Positions 12,993 through 22,593 are shown, counted from the first letter of the stretch. The stretch is DNA of 64,000 nucleotides from an uncultured Gemmatimonadaceae bacterium (GCA_963781585.1 CAWAGQ010000013.1:288001-352000), one strand, 5' to 3'. Notes: a model not told the origin generated them from the letters alone. Translations and numbers: made by a program.

Positions 12993-15900
12993 TGCCTCGG
13001 ATCTTCGACAACATCCACGATGATCTGCTTCCTGCCCTGCGCGCCATGCTGGAGGTCGCGAATCGTTCCGACTTCAGCGTTGGCTATTTCAACCTCCGCG
13101 GATGGAAGACCCTCGATGATCTCGTCGAGCGGTGGCCGGGAGGTGGGGGCAACCAGTGCCGGCTTCTGGTCGGAATGCAGCGACTCCCGCAGGATGAGCT
13201 CCGCGCGGCCCTGAGTGTCGCTGCCCCGGGGCACGATGAACTCGACAACCAAACTGCGCAGCGACTCAAGAAGAAGCTTGCCGAGGAGTTTCGCAATCAA
13301 CTGACCTTCGGTGTCCCGTCCAATGCAGACGAAGCAGGGCTGCGGCGTCTTGCCGGGCAACTCAGGGCCGGCAAGGTTGTCGTCAAACTGTTCCTCCGGC
13401 ACGCGCTGCACGCCAAGCTGTACCTGCTCTTCCGCACGGACCCCGTCAATCCGATCGTCGGTTACCTGGGCAGCAGCAACTTGACGCTGTCCGGCCTCTC
13501 GCATCAAGGTGAGCTGAACATCGACGTCCTCGATCACGATGCCGCCACGAAACTGGCGAACTGGTTTGAGGACCGCTGGAACGACCGCTGGTGTGTCGAC
13601 ATCACCGAGGAGCTGATCCAGGTCATCGGCGAAAGCTGGGCGCGCGAGGAGGCACTGGCGCCGTACCACATCTACGTGAAGATGGCCTACCATCTTGCGC
13701 AGGAAGCCCGCGCCGGCCTCGCTGAGTTCCGCATCCCTCCAGAGTTCGGGAATCGGCTCTTCGACTATCAGGTTGCTGCCGTCAAGATCGCCGCACACCA
13801 TCTAAACAAGCGCGGCGGCGTGCTGATCGGCGATGTCGTGGGTCTCGGCAAGACGTTGATGGCATCTGCCTTGGCCAAGATCTTCCAGGACGATCACTTC
13901 ACCGAAACCCTGATTATCTGCCCCAAGAATCTCGTGAAGATGTGGGAGGACTACGTCTCCGAGTACCGATTGCTCGCAAAGGTCCTCTCAGTCACCCGCG
14001 CCGCTCGCGAGCTCCCGGAGCTTCGGCGCTATCGCGTGGTGCTCATCGACGAGAGCCAGAACCTCCGCAATCGCGAGGGCAAGCGCTACCGCGCCATTCA
14101 GGAGTACATACAGGAGAACGAAAGCAAATGCATCCTGTTGTCCGCGACGCCCTATAACAAGACCTACCTCGACCTCTCGAGCCAGTTGCGCCTGTTCGTT
14201 GCCGAAGACAAGGACATGGGGATTCGCCCGGAGCGTCTTCTCCGTGAGCTGGGTGAGACCGAGTTCATCCGACGTCACCAGTCACCGGTACGCTCGCTTG
14301 CCGCGTTCGAGAAGAGCGAATATGCCGATGATTGGCGCGAATTGATGCGTTTGTACATGGTGCGCCGGACGCGGAGCTTCATCCAGGACAACTACGCCGC
14401 AACCGATCCGGCAAATGGGCGCAAGTTCCTGACCTTCGAAGACGGCACGCGATCGTACTTTCCTGACCGAATACCCAAGACAGTCAAGTTCCGCATTGAC
14501 GAGAAGAGTCCTTCCGATCAGTACGCGCGGCTTTTCGCCCCTGACGTTGTCGTCGCGATCAACGGGCTTAGCCTGCCCCGGTATGGACTTGCGAACTACG
14601 TGGCCGCCACGCCACACAAGGCACCCACGACAGCGGAGGCAAAGCAGTTGCAGGATCTGTCGCGCGCAGGCAAGCGCCTCATGGGCTTCTGCCGCACCAA
14701 CCTCTTCAAGAGGCTCGAAAGCAGTGGCGATGCTTTCGGACAGTCCATCGAACGACACGTTCTGCGCAACTACATCGTCCTGCACGCCATCGAACACGCC
14801 TTGCCCCTGCCGCTGGGAACGCAGGATACAGGCCTCCTTGACGCTGGCAACTATGACGAAGATGTCGACGACGAGGCTGCGACAGCCGAACTGTTCGAGG
14901 ACGAGAACGGCGATGGTGTGACCGCCCCGCCGCGTGCCGCGCTGCGCAGCGTCGAAGATTTCAAGAAGCGAGCGGCGGAACTCTACGAATCCTACGCGAC
15001 TCAATTCAAGCGGCGCTTCAAGTGGCTCCGGCCGGACTTGTTCGTCAAGTCACTCGCAACCGATCTTGAGGCGGATGCCGTGAGCTTGCTCGAGGTCCGC
15101 ACACGCTGCGGCCAGTGGGACCCGTCAAAGGATGCCAAACTCGATGCGCTCTATAACCTTTTGGAGAAGCGCCACCCCCGCGAGAAGGTACTCATATTCA
15201 CCCAGTTCGCAGACACAGTCCGTTACCTCGAGGCGCAGCTTCGCGCACGCGGAGTCAAGCGGCTCGCTGGCGTCACCGGAGAGGACGAGGACCCCACGAG
15301 CTACGCCTGGCGCTTCAGCCCGGACAGCAACAAGAAACGCAAGCGCCTGCGGCCCGATGAAGAGCTACGTGTTCTGCTCGCGACCGATGTCCTCAGCGAA
15401 GGCCAGAACCTTCAGGACGGGGCCATCATCGTCAACTTCGACCTCCCTTGGGCCATCATCAGGCTCGTTCAGCGGGCAGGTCGCGTCGATCGCATTGGGC
15501 AGAAATCGGAGAAGATCCTTTGCTATTCTTTCCTGCCGGCTGATGGCGTCGAGAACCTGATCCGCCTGCGCGCGCGGGTGCGCCAGCGGCTGCACGAGAA
15601 CGCCGAGGTTGTTGGCACGGACGAAGCTTTCTTTGAGAACGAGAGAGAGCGCCAGAAGCTCCTCGACCTTTACCACGAGAAGTCAGGCATTCTCGATGGG
15701 GAAGCGGAGACCGAAGTGGACCTCGCTTCATACGCCTACCAGATCTGGAAGAACGCCATTGACCGTGATCCAGACCTGCGGAAGTCAATTCCGGCGCTCC
15801 CGCCGGTGGTCTTCTCGACTCGTCCACACGAAAGCACCGAGCGGAAGCCGCATGGCGCCCTCGTCTACCTTCGGACTGCCGAAGGCAATGACGCGCTCGC

Positions 15901-16387
15901 GTGGGTCGACAAGGCCGGCAACAACGTCACCGAGTCCCAGTTCGAGATCCTGAAGGCGGCGGAGTGCACACCCGATACCCGCGCGTTACCCCGCCAAGCA
16001 GATCATCATGACCTCGTACGGAAGGCGGTTGACTTTGTCGTGTCCGAGGAGAAATCGGTCGGCGGCCAGCTGGGCCGCCCATCCGGTGCCCGGTTCCGTA
16101 CTTACGAGCGCCTTAAACGCTACGCCGAGCAGGTCAAAGGCACGCTATTCCAGTCGCCCGAGCTCGCGAAGGCCATCGAAGAGATCTACCGCTTTCCACT
16201 TCGGCAATCGGCCACCGACACCCTGAATCGCCAGCTGCGAGCTGGGATCTCGGACGATAAGCTGGCCGAGCTGGTGATGGCGCTCCGCGACGACGATCGG
16301 CTGTGCTTGGTCCACGAGGAAGAGCACTCCGCCGAGCCCCAGATCATCTGCTCCCTCGGCCTGGCCCCGGCCGAGAGCGGGAGCTGA
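12992..16387 (+). CDS. PLD-nuclease / SNF2-like helicase fusion (restriction-type subunit)
   Basis: ATG overlaps the previous stop (TGATG); HAKLYL...GSSNLT...ELN PLD motif; GDVVGLGKT, DESQN, SAT, SEGQNLQ, QRAGRVDRIGQ helicase motifs. Confidence 0.88.
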   Translation: MPRIFDNIHDDLLPALRAMLEVANRSDFSVGYFNLRGWKTLDDLVERWPGGGGNQCRLLVGMQRLPQDELRAALSVAAPGHDELDNQTAQRLKKKLAEEFRNQLTFGVPSNADEAGLRRLAGQLRAGKVVVKLFLRHALHAKLYLLFRTDPVNPIVGYLGSSNLTLSGLSHQGELNIDVLDHDAATKLANWFEDRWNDRWCVDITEELIQVIGESWAREEALAPYHIYVKMAYHLAQEARAGLAEFRIPPEFGNRLFDYQVAAVKIAAHHLNKRGGVLIGDVVGLGKTLMASALAKIFQDDHFTETLIICPKNLVKMWEDYVSEYRLLAKVLSVTRAARELPELRRYRVVLIDESQNLRNREGKRYRAIQEYIQENESKCILLSATPYNKTYLDLSSQLRLFVAEDKDMGIRPERLLRELGETEFIRRHQSPVRSLAAFEKSEYADDWRELMRLYMVRRTRSFIQDNYAATDPANGRKFLTFEDGTRSYFPDRIPKTVKFRIDEKSPSDQYARLFAPDVVVAINGLSLPRYGLANYVAATPHKAPTTAEAKQLQDLSRAGKRLMGFCRTNLFKRLESSGDAFGQSIERHVLRNYIVLHAIEHALPLPLGTQDTGLLDAGNYDEDVDDEAATAELFEDENGDGVTAPPRAALRSVEDFKKRAAELYESYATQFKRRFKWLRPDLFVKSLATDLEADAVSLLEVRTRCGQWDPSKDAKLDALYNLLEKRHPREKVLIFTQFADTVRYLEAQLRARGVKRLAGVTGEDEDPTSYAWRFSPDSNKKRKRLRPDEELRVLLATDVLSEGQNLQDGAIIVNFDLPWAIIRLVQRAGRVDRIGQKSEKILCYSFLPADGVENLIRLRARVRQRLHENAEVVGTDEAFFENERERQKLLDLYHEKSGILDGEAETEVDLASYAYQIWKNAIDRDPDLRKSIPALPPVVFSTRPHESTERKPHGALVYLRTAEGNDALAWVDKAGNNVTESQFEILKAAECTPDTRALPRQADHHDLVRKAVDFVVSEEKSVGGQLGRPSGARFRTYERLKRYAEQVKGTLFQSPELAKAIEEIYRFPLRQSATDTLNRQLRAGISDDKLAELVMALRDDDRLCLVHEEEHSAEPQIICSLGLAPAESGS

Positions 16388-16396
16388 GGTGTGCCG

Positions 16397-19393
16397 ATGG
16401 CTCTGAACGCTGCGCGCGCTCGGGAACGTCTCGCCAAGGGTGACCTGCGCGCTCTGTTTATCGAAGAACTCGGATGGGATCGTCATACGGCAACCCTGAG
16501 GGTAACCGTGGACGGCTCAACGCTCGATCTACACGCGCTCGCTCAGAAGCGCGGCATGGTCGCCTACCATTGCCCCGCGCCTGCGGGCCAGCCCCTGCCT
16601 GATTACAGCCACCGCCGCAAGATCGAGCATCAAGTCGCCAAGTCAGCACACGAGCACCTCATCATTTTCACCGACCCGGGCAACCAGACTCAGGTCTGGC
16701 AGTGGGTGAAACGAGAACTCGGAAAGCCGACCGCGTGTCGGGAGCATGCCTACCACCGCTCCCAGCCCGGTGACGCACTGCTCCAGAAGTTGAACGCCAT
16801 TGCGTTCACGCTAGAAGAGGAGGATCGGCTTTCTCTTCCGGACGTCACTCGGCGTGCTCGTGCCGGGTTCGATGTCGAGAGGGTTACCAAGCGCTTCTAC
16901 GACCGCTTCCAGAAGGAGCACGGAGCCTTTCTCAAGTTCATCACCGGCATTACCCAGAGCACCGACCGCGAGTGGTACGCCTCGGTCATGTTGAACCGGT
17001 TGATGTTCGTCTACTTCGTGCAGCGCAAGGGTTTCCTCGACGGCGACCGCCACTACCTCCGCAACCGGCTCGCGCGCATGCGCGCCGAGCATGGCAAGGA
17101 CAAGTTCTACTCCTTCTACCGGTACTTCCTCCTCCGCCTCTTTCATGAGGGGCTCGGCGGCAAGGCGCGCACGCGCGAGCTCGAGGCGCTCGTCGGTCAC
17201 ATCCCGTACCTGAACGGTGGCCTCTTCGACGTCCACGAGCTGGAGAAATCGGATCGCTACGGCAAGACCATCCGGATCCCCGACTCGGCGTTCGAACGCA
17301 TCTTCGACTACTTCGATCAGTACCAGTGGCACCTGGACGAGCGGCCGCTCCGCGCCGACAACGAGATCAACCCAGACGTACTGGGCTACATCTTCGAGAA
17401 GTACATCAACCAGAAACAGATGGGGGCGTACTACACGAAGGAGGACATCACCGAGTACATCAGCAAGAACACTGTGCTGCCGTACCTCTTCGATTCCGCG
17501 CGCACCAAATGCAGAGTTGCGTTCGAGAATGCTAAAGGCCCCACGGTCTGGGACCTGCTGAAGTCCGACCCCGACCGGTACATCTACTCTGCCGTTCGCC
17601 ACGGCGCCGGGGAACCGCTGCCGGCGGACATCTCCGCTGGGCTGAATCCACCGACTTTGCACAAAGCGGTGGGCGACGGCCCCGTCATGACCCTTGAGCT
17701 CAGGAAGGGCTGGAACAGGCCGGCACCCGCGACGCACGCGCTCCCGACGGAGACATGGCGTGAGGTAATCGCGCGCCGGACGCGTTATGAGGAGATCAAG
17801 AAGGGGCTCGCTGCTGGCGAGGTGAGGGACATCAACGACCTCATTACCCTCAACCTCGACATTCGCCAGTTCGCCCAGGATGCCATCGAGAACTGCGAAG
17901 GCCCGGACCTCCTTCGTGCCTTCTGGCATGCCATCGAGAAGGTGACCATCCTCGACCCGACGTGCGGGTCGGGCGCGTTCCTCTTCGCGGCCCTGAATAT
18001 CCTCGAACCGCTGTACGAGGCCTGCCTGGACCGGATGGAGGCCTTCGTTGACGATCTCGCTCGGTCGGGAGAGAAGCATCGCCCGGAAAAGTATTCCGAC
18101 TTCCGGAAGGTGCTGGATCGCATCGCGGCCCATCCCAATCGCCGTTACTTCATCTTCAAGAGCATCATCCTCAACAACCTCTTCGGCGTGGACATCATGG
18201 AAGAGGCGGTGGAGATCTGTAAGCTCCGCCTCTTCCTTAAGCTTGCGGCGCAGGTGGAGCCGGACTCCGCGCGCGACAACCTCGGCATTGAGCCTTTGCC
18301 GGATATCGATTTCAACATTCGCGCCGGCAACACGCTCGTCGGCTACGCGACGCTTGATGCCGTGAAAGAGGCACTCGGCAGCAAGCTCGACTTCGACAAC
18401 GCGGCCGACAAGATCGCGGTTAAGGCCGCAGATCTCCAGCAGGTCTTCGACGCATTCCGGGCGCGGCAGGTGGAGGGCGACGGTTCTGTTCCGGCGGAGC
18501 ACAAGCAGGAGCTCCGCAAGCGTCTGAGCGCCCTGGATGAGGAACTCAACCGTCACCTTGCGAATGAGTACGGCGTCGAGTGGACGAAGAAAGACGCCTA
18601 CACCAAGTGGCTGAAGTCCCATCAGCCATTCCACTGGTTCGTCGAATTCTACGGGATCATGAGCGGTGGCGGGTTCGACGTGATAATTGGGAACCCGCCG
18701 TATCTGGAGTACTCCAAGGTTGCCGAGTATTCAGTCCGCGGGTACGCGACTGAGCGATGCTCGAATCTCTACGTGTATACGGTCGAGAGGTCGCTCGCTC
18801 TGAACGGCCCCCGTGGGAGCTTGGGGATGATCATCCCAATCTCAGCCGCATGTTCCGGCGCCATGCAGCCGCTCCGTGACCACCTCACGCAGCGGGCCGG
18901 ATCGCTCTGGCTCTCTCATTTTTCAAACCGCCCGGGTCAGCTGTTCAATGGAGCCCAGAACCGTCTGACGATACTTGTCGCCTCGAGACGGCGTGGAGAC
19001 CGAAAGGTCTTCTCCACTCGATACCATAGATGGGACGCCAGAAATGGCGAACGAGACAGCCTGTTTCCCGTCTTGCGTTACCTCGAGACAGGCGAGGAGG
19101 CGCCCATGTTTCATGGGCTTCTCCCCAAGATTGGTACTCCCGAAGCAGCCGCTGTGCTGAAGAAGATCAGATGTGCCAAGACGGTCGCGTTCTTCACCAC
19201 AAGGCGCGGCAAGTACAAGCTCTTCTGGGTGCGCGTGCCCGGCTATTTCTGTGTCTTTCTTCCCGGCCGCTTGCCGCGCGGCTTTCAAGGCAGGCCGGAT
19301 CCTGTTCTTGTCCCCGTTCACCAAGCATCCGAGGCGTGTCACGAAGGAGTCTGCCCTCCGGCGCAACGAGGTGGTCGCCGCGCTCGCAGATGA
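16397..19393 (+). CDS. Eco57I-like adenine DNA methyltransferase; C-terminus probably truncated at ~19245
   Basis: IPYLNGGLF, GAYYT, ILDPTCGSGAFL (motif I), GVDI, IIGNPPY (motif IV); last ~45 aa look like out-of-frame read-through. Confidence 0.85.
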   Translation: MALNAARARERLAKGDLRALFIEELGWDRHTATLRVTVDGSTLDLHALAQKRGMVAYHCPAPAGQPLPDYSHRRKIEHQVAKSAHEHLIIFTDPGNQTQVWQWVKRELGKPTACREHAYHRSQPGDALLQKLNAIAFTLEEEDRLSLPDVTRRARAGFDVERVTKRFYDRFQKEHGAFLKFITGITQSTDREWYASVMLNRLMFVYFVQRKGFLDGDRHYLRNRLARMRAEHGKDKFYSFYRYFLLRLFHEGLGGKARTRELEALVGHIPYLNGGLFDVHELEKSDRYGKTIRIPDSAFERIFDYFDQYQWHLDERPLRADNEINPDVLGYIFEKYINQKQMGAYYTKEDITEYISKNTVLPYLFDSARTKCRVAFENAKGPTVWDLLKSDPDRYIYSAVRHGAGEPLPADISAGLNPPTLHKAVGDGPVMTLELRKGWNRPAPATHALPTETWREVIARRTRYEEIKKGLAAGEVRDINDLITLNLDIRQFAQDAIENCEGPDLLRAFWHAIEKVTILDPTCGSGAFLFAALNILEPLYEACLDRMEAFVDDLARSGEKHRPEKYSDFRKVLDRIAAHPNRRYFIFKSIILNNLFGVDIMEEAVEICKLRLFLKLAAQVEPDSARDNLGIEPLPDIDFNIRAGNTLVGYATLDAVKEALGSKLDFDNAADKIAVKAADLQQVFDAFRARQVEGDGSVPAEHKQELRKRLSALDEELNRHLANEYGVEWTKKDAYTKWLKSHQPFHWFVEFYGIMSGGGFDVIIGNPPYLEYSKVAEYSVRGYATERCSNLYVYTVERSLALNGPRGSLGMIIPISAACSGAMQPLRDHLTQRAGSLWLSHFSNRPGQLFNGAQNRLTILVASRRRGDRKVFSTRYHRWDARNGERDSLFPVLRYLETGEEAPMFHGLLPKIGTPEAAAVLKKIRCAKTVAFFTTRRGKYKLFWVRVPGYFCVFLPGRLPRGFQGRPDPVLVPVHQASEACHEGVCPPAQRGGRRARR

Positions 19394-19478
19394 GGCGTAC
19401 GTCGCGCACGTCGCAAGCGGCGGGAAGACAGACCAGATCGTGAAGAAGCTGGCGGAGTGGAAGGTGCCGCTTCTGTGA
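19245..19478 (+). pseudogene. C-terminal fragment of a DprA/Smf-like (SLOG) protein
   Basis: GRILFLSPF...RRVTKESALRRNEVVAALADEAYVAH..SGGKT resembles the DprA RN..IA.LA...V...SG motif; no plausible own N-terminus. Confidence 0.55.
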
Positions 19479-19511
19479 AGACGTCGCGCATTGGAGCCGT
19501 CGAGGGCAGGC

Positions 19512-19569
19512 GTCTAACGAAGTAAAGATTCGTGCCGCGCGATAGCCGCGGCACAATCTGGGGTTGAAC
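19512..19569 (+). other. attC-like site (58 bp, atypical short right spacer)
   Basis: R'' GTCTAAC, stem AGATT-c-GTGCCGCG/CGCGGCAC-AATCT with one unpaired base, R' GTTGAAC. Confidence 0.65.
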
Positions 19570-19782
19570 TCAGTCCGCCCCGCGGCAGGGCCTTGGAGTT
19601 TCAGGCGGGTGCGTGACCCGAGGCGACGTCCAGGACGCCCAGCGAAGCGAGCGTCAGGCGGCCTGCCGAGCCCAGACCGGGGGCCGCGCACCGGACCAGC
19701 CGCGCGCGATTGAGGCCGGCGCAGCGTTGGCCGTGCGCTCCGGCGATCATGGGGCGCGGCTTCGCCGGACCACGCGCGCGGA

Positions 19783-20952
19783 TCATGCGGCGACTGTGGC
19801 AGTCGGTGGGGTGGAGCACGGCGAGGACCACGAGTCCGGCGGCGCGCGCGATCGGGTGAAGTGGTCGATGACCACGAGGCGACCGCGCCGACAGACCGGG
19901 CAGCAGGGGTCCGGCGCGGTTGGTGGCTGGTCGTGCGCGACCGGAGTCTGCGCCGGGATGTTGCTCGCGGACTTCGGGACGCCGTCGCGAGCGTGAAGCT
20001 CGAGGAGATCGCGGGCCCGTTCCAGCTGCGTGCGGCGGCCGGGGCTCAGGAGACCATAGGAGCGGACCTTGGTGAAGCCTCGGGGGAGGACGTGCTGGAG
20101 GAAACGGCCGATGAAGGTGTTCACCGGCAGCGTCAGGCGCCGGGTCTCCCCGGTGCGTGCGTGGGTATAGCGGAAGGTGACGCGATCATTGCTGAAGCGT
20201 TCGATGCGGTGGTTGGTGAGGGCGACGCGGTAGATGTAGCGGGAGAGATAGAGTGCGGCGTGCTGCCCGGTGCCGATGGCCTTGACGTGGACCGTCCAGC
20301 GGTGGGTCCACACGCCGGGATCGACCTCGCCGGCGAGGCCGGCTCGTGCGAACGCGTCGCGCATCTTCGCCCGGAAGATCGGGGAGAGCATGTAGCCCGG
20401 GACGAGGAAACGAGAATGAGCGGGCTTGATCCAGGCCGTGCCGTCCGCGCCGAGGCCGCCGGCGCTGACGAGGAGGTGGACGTGGGGATGGTGCTCCAGG
20501 GTGCGCGACCAGGTGTGGAGTACGGCGAGGATGGCGGGAGTGCCGCCCACCCAGTTCGGGTCCTTACAGAGCGTGAGGACAGTGGCAGCTGCTTCGCGTA
20601 GAAGGGCGGCGTATACCAGGCGCTGGTGCGATCGGGCGACGGACCGCAGCCCCTGTGGGAGGGTGAACGTGAGGAGGTAGTGGCCGGTGTGGAGAAGCCG
20701 CTGCCGGACTCGCTCCAACCATCTCTGGGCCCGATCGTCCTGGCACGTGGGACAGTGGCGGTTGCGGCAGGAGTGGTAGCGGTACGCGAGGGCAGCGCAC
20801 TCGTCGCAGCGGTAGAGCGAGCCACCGAGGGCCGGTGTGCGACACTGGACGATGTCGTTCATGGCCCTCCGGTGGGAGGGCAGGAGCGGTCCGGCGTGGG
20901 TCCGCAGATACTCGGGCCCCGCCCTGCGGAGGATGTCCGCGAGCTCCACCAC
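19783..20952 (-). CDS. IS91-family (HUH, rolling-circle) transposase
   Basis: CRTPALGG, SCRNRHCPTC Zn-binding domain, LHTW...HPHVH (HUH), YLSRY, FLQHVLPRGFTKVRSYG. Confidence 0.92.
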   Translation of the reverse strand: MVELADILRRAGPEYLRTHAGPLLPSHRRAMNDIVQCRTPALGGSLYRCDECAALAYRYHSCRNRHCPTCQDDRAQRWLERVRQRLLHTGHYLLTFTLPQGLRSVARSHQRLVYAALLREAAATVLTLCKDPNWVGGTPAILAVLHTWSRTLEHHPHVHLLVSAGGLGADGTAWIKPAHSRFLVPGYMLSPIFRAKMRDAFARAGLAGEVDPGVWTHRWTVHVKAIGTGQHAALYLSRYIYRVALTNHRIERFSNDRVTFRYTHARTGETRRLTLPVNTFIGRFLQHVLPRGFTKVRSYGLLSPGRRTQLERARDLLELHARDGVPKSASNIPAQTPVAHDQPPTAPDPCCPVCRRGRLVVIDHFTRSRAPPDSWSSPCSTPPTATVAA

Positions 20953-20999
20953 GGCCCGTCTCGGGGGCAGTGGCTGTCTGAACCGACGGGCCTAACGAC

Positions 21000-21872
21000 T
21001 CAAGAGCGACGCGCCATGAGATCGTTGATCGGACTCAGCGCGGCGTCGTGGAGCTCCCGGGTGAGGTGGGTGTAGATGGCGGTTGTTCTGGGACTGGTGT
21101 GGCCCAGATACTCCTGGATCAATCGCAGATTGACACCGGCCTCCAGCAGGTGCGTGGCGTAGCTGTGCCGGAGCGTGTGGACGTGCGCGCGCTTGTGGAT
21201 ACCGCTGGCCCTGACAGCACGGACGAAGGCGCTCTGAAGGCTGGCGCGGGAGATGGGGCCCACGGCCGGGTCGCTCAGGACGCCGGCATGGGATCGGGTG
21301 ATCGTGGGGAAGAGCCAGAGGGGATTACGGTGCGTCCGCCAGTGCTCTCGCAACAGCGCGAGGGTGGCGTCCGGGAGCGGGACGTAGCGATCCTTGCGGC
21401 GCTTGCCGTGAATGTGGAGCAGCTTCCGGGCACCATCGACATCGGGGACCTGGAGGCGGGCGCCCTCCAAGAGGCGGAGGCCGCAGGCGTAGATGGTCGT
21501 CAGGCAGACGCGGTAGACGGGAAGTCGAAGATGATCCAGGATTTGCCAGACCTCGCCGCGGCTCAGGACGACCGGGAGCTTCTTCTCCCCCTTGGGCCGG
21601 GCCACCTTGAGGACCATCCACTCGCGCCCAAGCGTGTGCTGGTAGAAGAACTTGAGGCCGCAGAGGGCGATGGTGTGGGTGCCCCGGGCGACCTTCTGAA
21701 CGGTGGTGAGGTGAAGGAGGTAGTCGCGGAGCTGCTCTTCCGTGAGGGTGTCGGGTGAGGCATGATAGAAGCGGGCCAGCTGAGCGACGGAGCGGACGTA
21801 GGCTTCGACGGTGCGATCGGAGTAGCCGCGGAGCTGGAGATCCTGGATCATGCGTTGGCGGAGCGGTGTCAT
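21000..21872 (-). CDS. Tyrosine recombinase (IS91-associated type, N-terminal SAM-like domain)
   Basis: MTPLRQRMIQDLQLRGYS, YACGLRLLE, HTLRHSYATHLLEAG, LGHTSPRTTAIYTH; RBS GAGGAC; lacks the IntI-specific insertion. Confidence 0.92.
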   Translation of the reverse strand: MTPLRQRMIQDLQLRGYSDRTVEAYVRSVAQLARFYHASPDTLTEEQLRDYLLHLTTVQKVARGTHTIALCGLKFFYQHTLGREWMVLKVARPKGEKKLPVVLSRGEVWQILDHLRLPVYRVCLTTIYACGLRLLEGARLQVPDVDGARKLLHIHGKRRKDRYVPLPDATLALLREHWRTHRNPLWLFPTITRSHAGVLSDPAVGPISRASLQSAFVRAVRASGIHKRAHVHTLRHSYATHLLEAGVNLRLIQEYLGHTSPRTTAIYTHLTRELHDAALSPINDLMARRS

Positions 21873-21991
21873 GGTGTCCTCGCTGAAGGGGTTCAGCGTG
21901 AACATTGGACATCACTCCGCCAACTTCATCAGCCACGGTGGAGTAAGGGCACGCACCGAAATCGCAGTGCTAGACGCCGAAGGCGGATTGA

Positions 21992-22085
21992 GTTCAACCA
22001 CGCGTTGCAGCCGACGCGGGCGCCATGGTGGCGGCTTCGCCGCTTTGATTGGACTGCCCGCGCAGCTGAACGCTAGGCGTTAGGC
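21992..22085 (+). other. attC site
   Basis: R'' GTTCAAC, CGTTGCAGCCGACGCGGGC.../...GCCCGCGCAGCTGAACG stem, R' GTTAGGC. Confidence 0.85.
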
Positions 22086-22098
22086 GGAGCTTCAAGTC

Positions 22099-22593
22099 AT
22101 GAGCACTTCAGAGCTGGACACTCAGTCTGCAGCGGAGCGACGATCGGCGGAAGCCCGGTTGCGGGCGCTTATCGCCAAGTGCGTTCCCGCGCACCAACGG
22201 CTCACCGGCGCATTGCGACGATGGCTGCGAAAGCGCCTGCCCACCGCCCATGAGGTGGTCTATGAGTATTCTGACTGCCTCGTCATCAGCTATTCACCGA
22301 ACGAGCGCGGGTATGACGGGGTCCTTGCCATCCGCGCGAGCGCCGACGGAGTCAAGCTGTACCTCAATCGTGGCACGGGATTGCCGGATCCTGAGAAACT
22401 GTTGCGGGGGTCCGGCAAACAGACGCGCTGGATTCCCGTGGAGGGCGCATCCACACTCGCTCGCTCGGCGGTCGTGGACGTGATCGACAGAGCCATCGCT
22501 CGAAGTCGCGTCCCGTTTGGGCGCACCGGCCTTGGGTTGGTGGTCATTCGTTCGGAAGTGGCCAAGGCGCGTGGGCGGCGTCGCCCCGCCTAA
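22099..22593 (+). CDS. Cassette protein, DUF1801/YdhG-like
   Basis: Starts 14 bp after R'; LPDPEKLLRGSGKQTRWI motif; stop lies in a degenerate R'' (GCCTAAA, 22588) whose context GCCCCGCCTAAA nearly complements the cassette start GTTAGGCGGAGC. Confidence 0.6.
   Translation: MSTSELDTQSAAERRSAEARLRALIAKCVPAHQRLTGALRRWLRKRLPTAHEVVYEYSDCLVISYSPNERGYDGVLAIRASADGVKLYLNRGTGLPDPEKLLRGSGKQTRWIPVEGASTLARSAVVDVIDRAIARSRVPFGRTGLGLVVIRSEVAKARGRRRPA

Larger units (their letters stand above)
19562..21999 (-). mobile_element. Tyrosine recombinase + IS91-family transposase module with 18-bp terminal inverted repeats
   Basis: GGTTGAACTCAGTCCGCC (19562-19579) / GGCGGATTGAGTTCAACC (21982-21999), one mismatch; encloses exactly the two genes. 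Confidence 0.8.

Noticed and set aside
12992..19393. DISARM or BREX assignment
   Set aside because: No DrmA/DrmB (DUF1998), PglZ or BrxC genes are present.
21000..21872. Second integron integrase
   Set aside because: Lacks the IntI-specific insertion and C-terminal tail; it matches the IS91-associated recombinase type.
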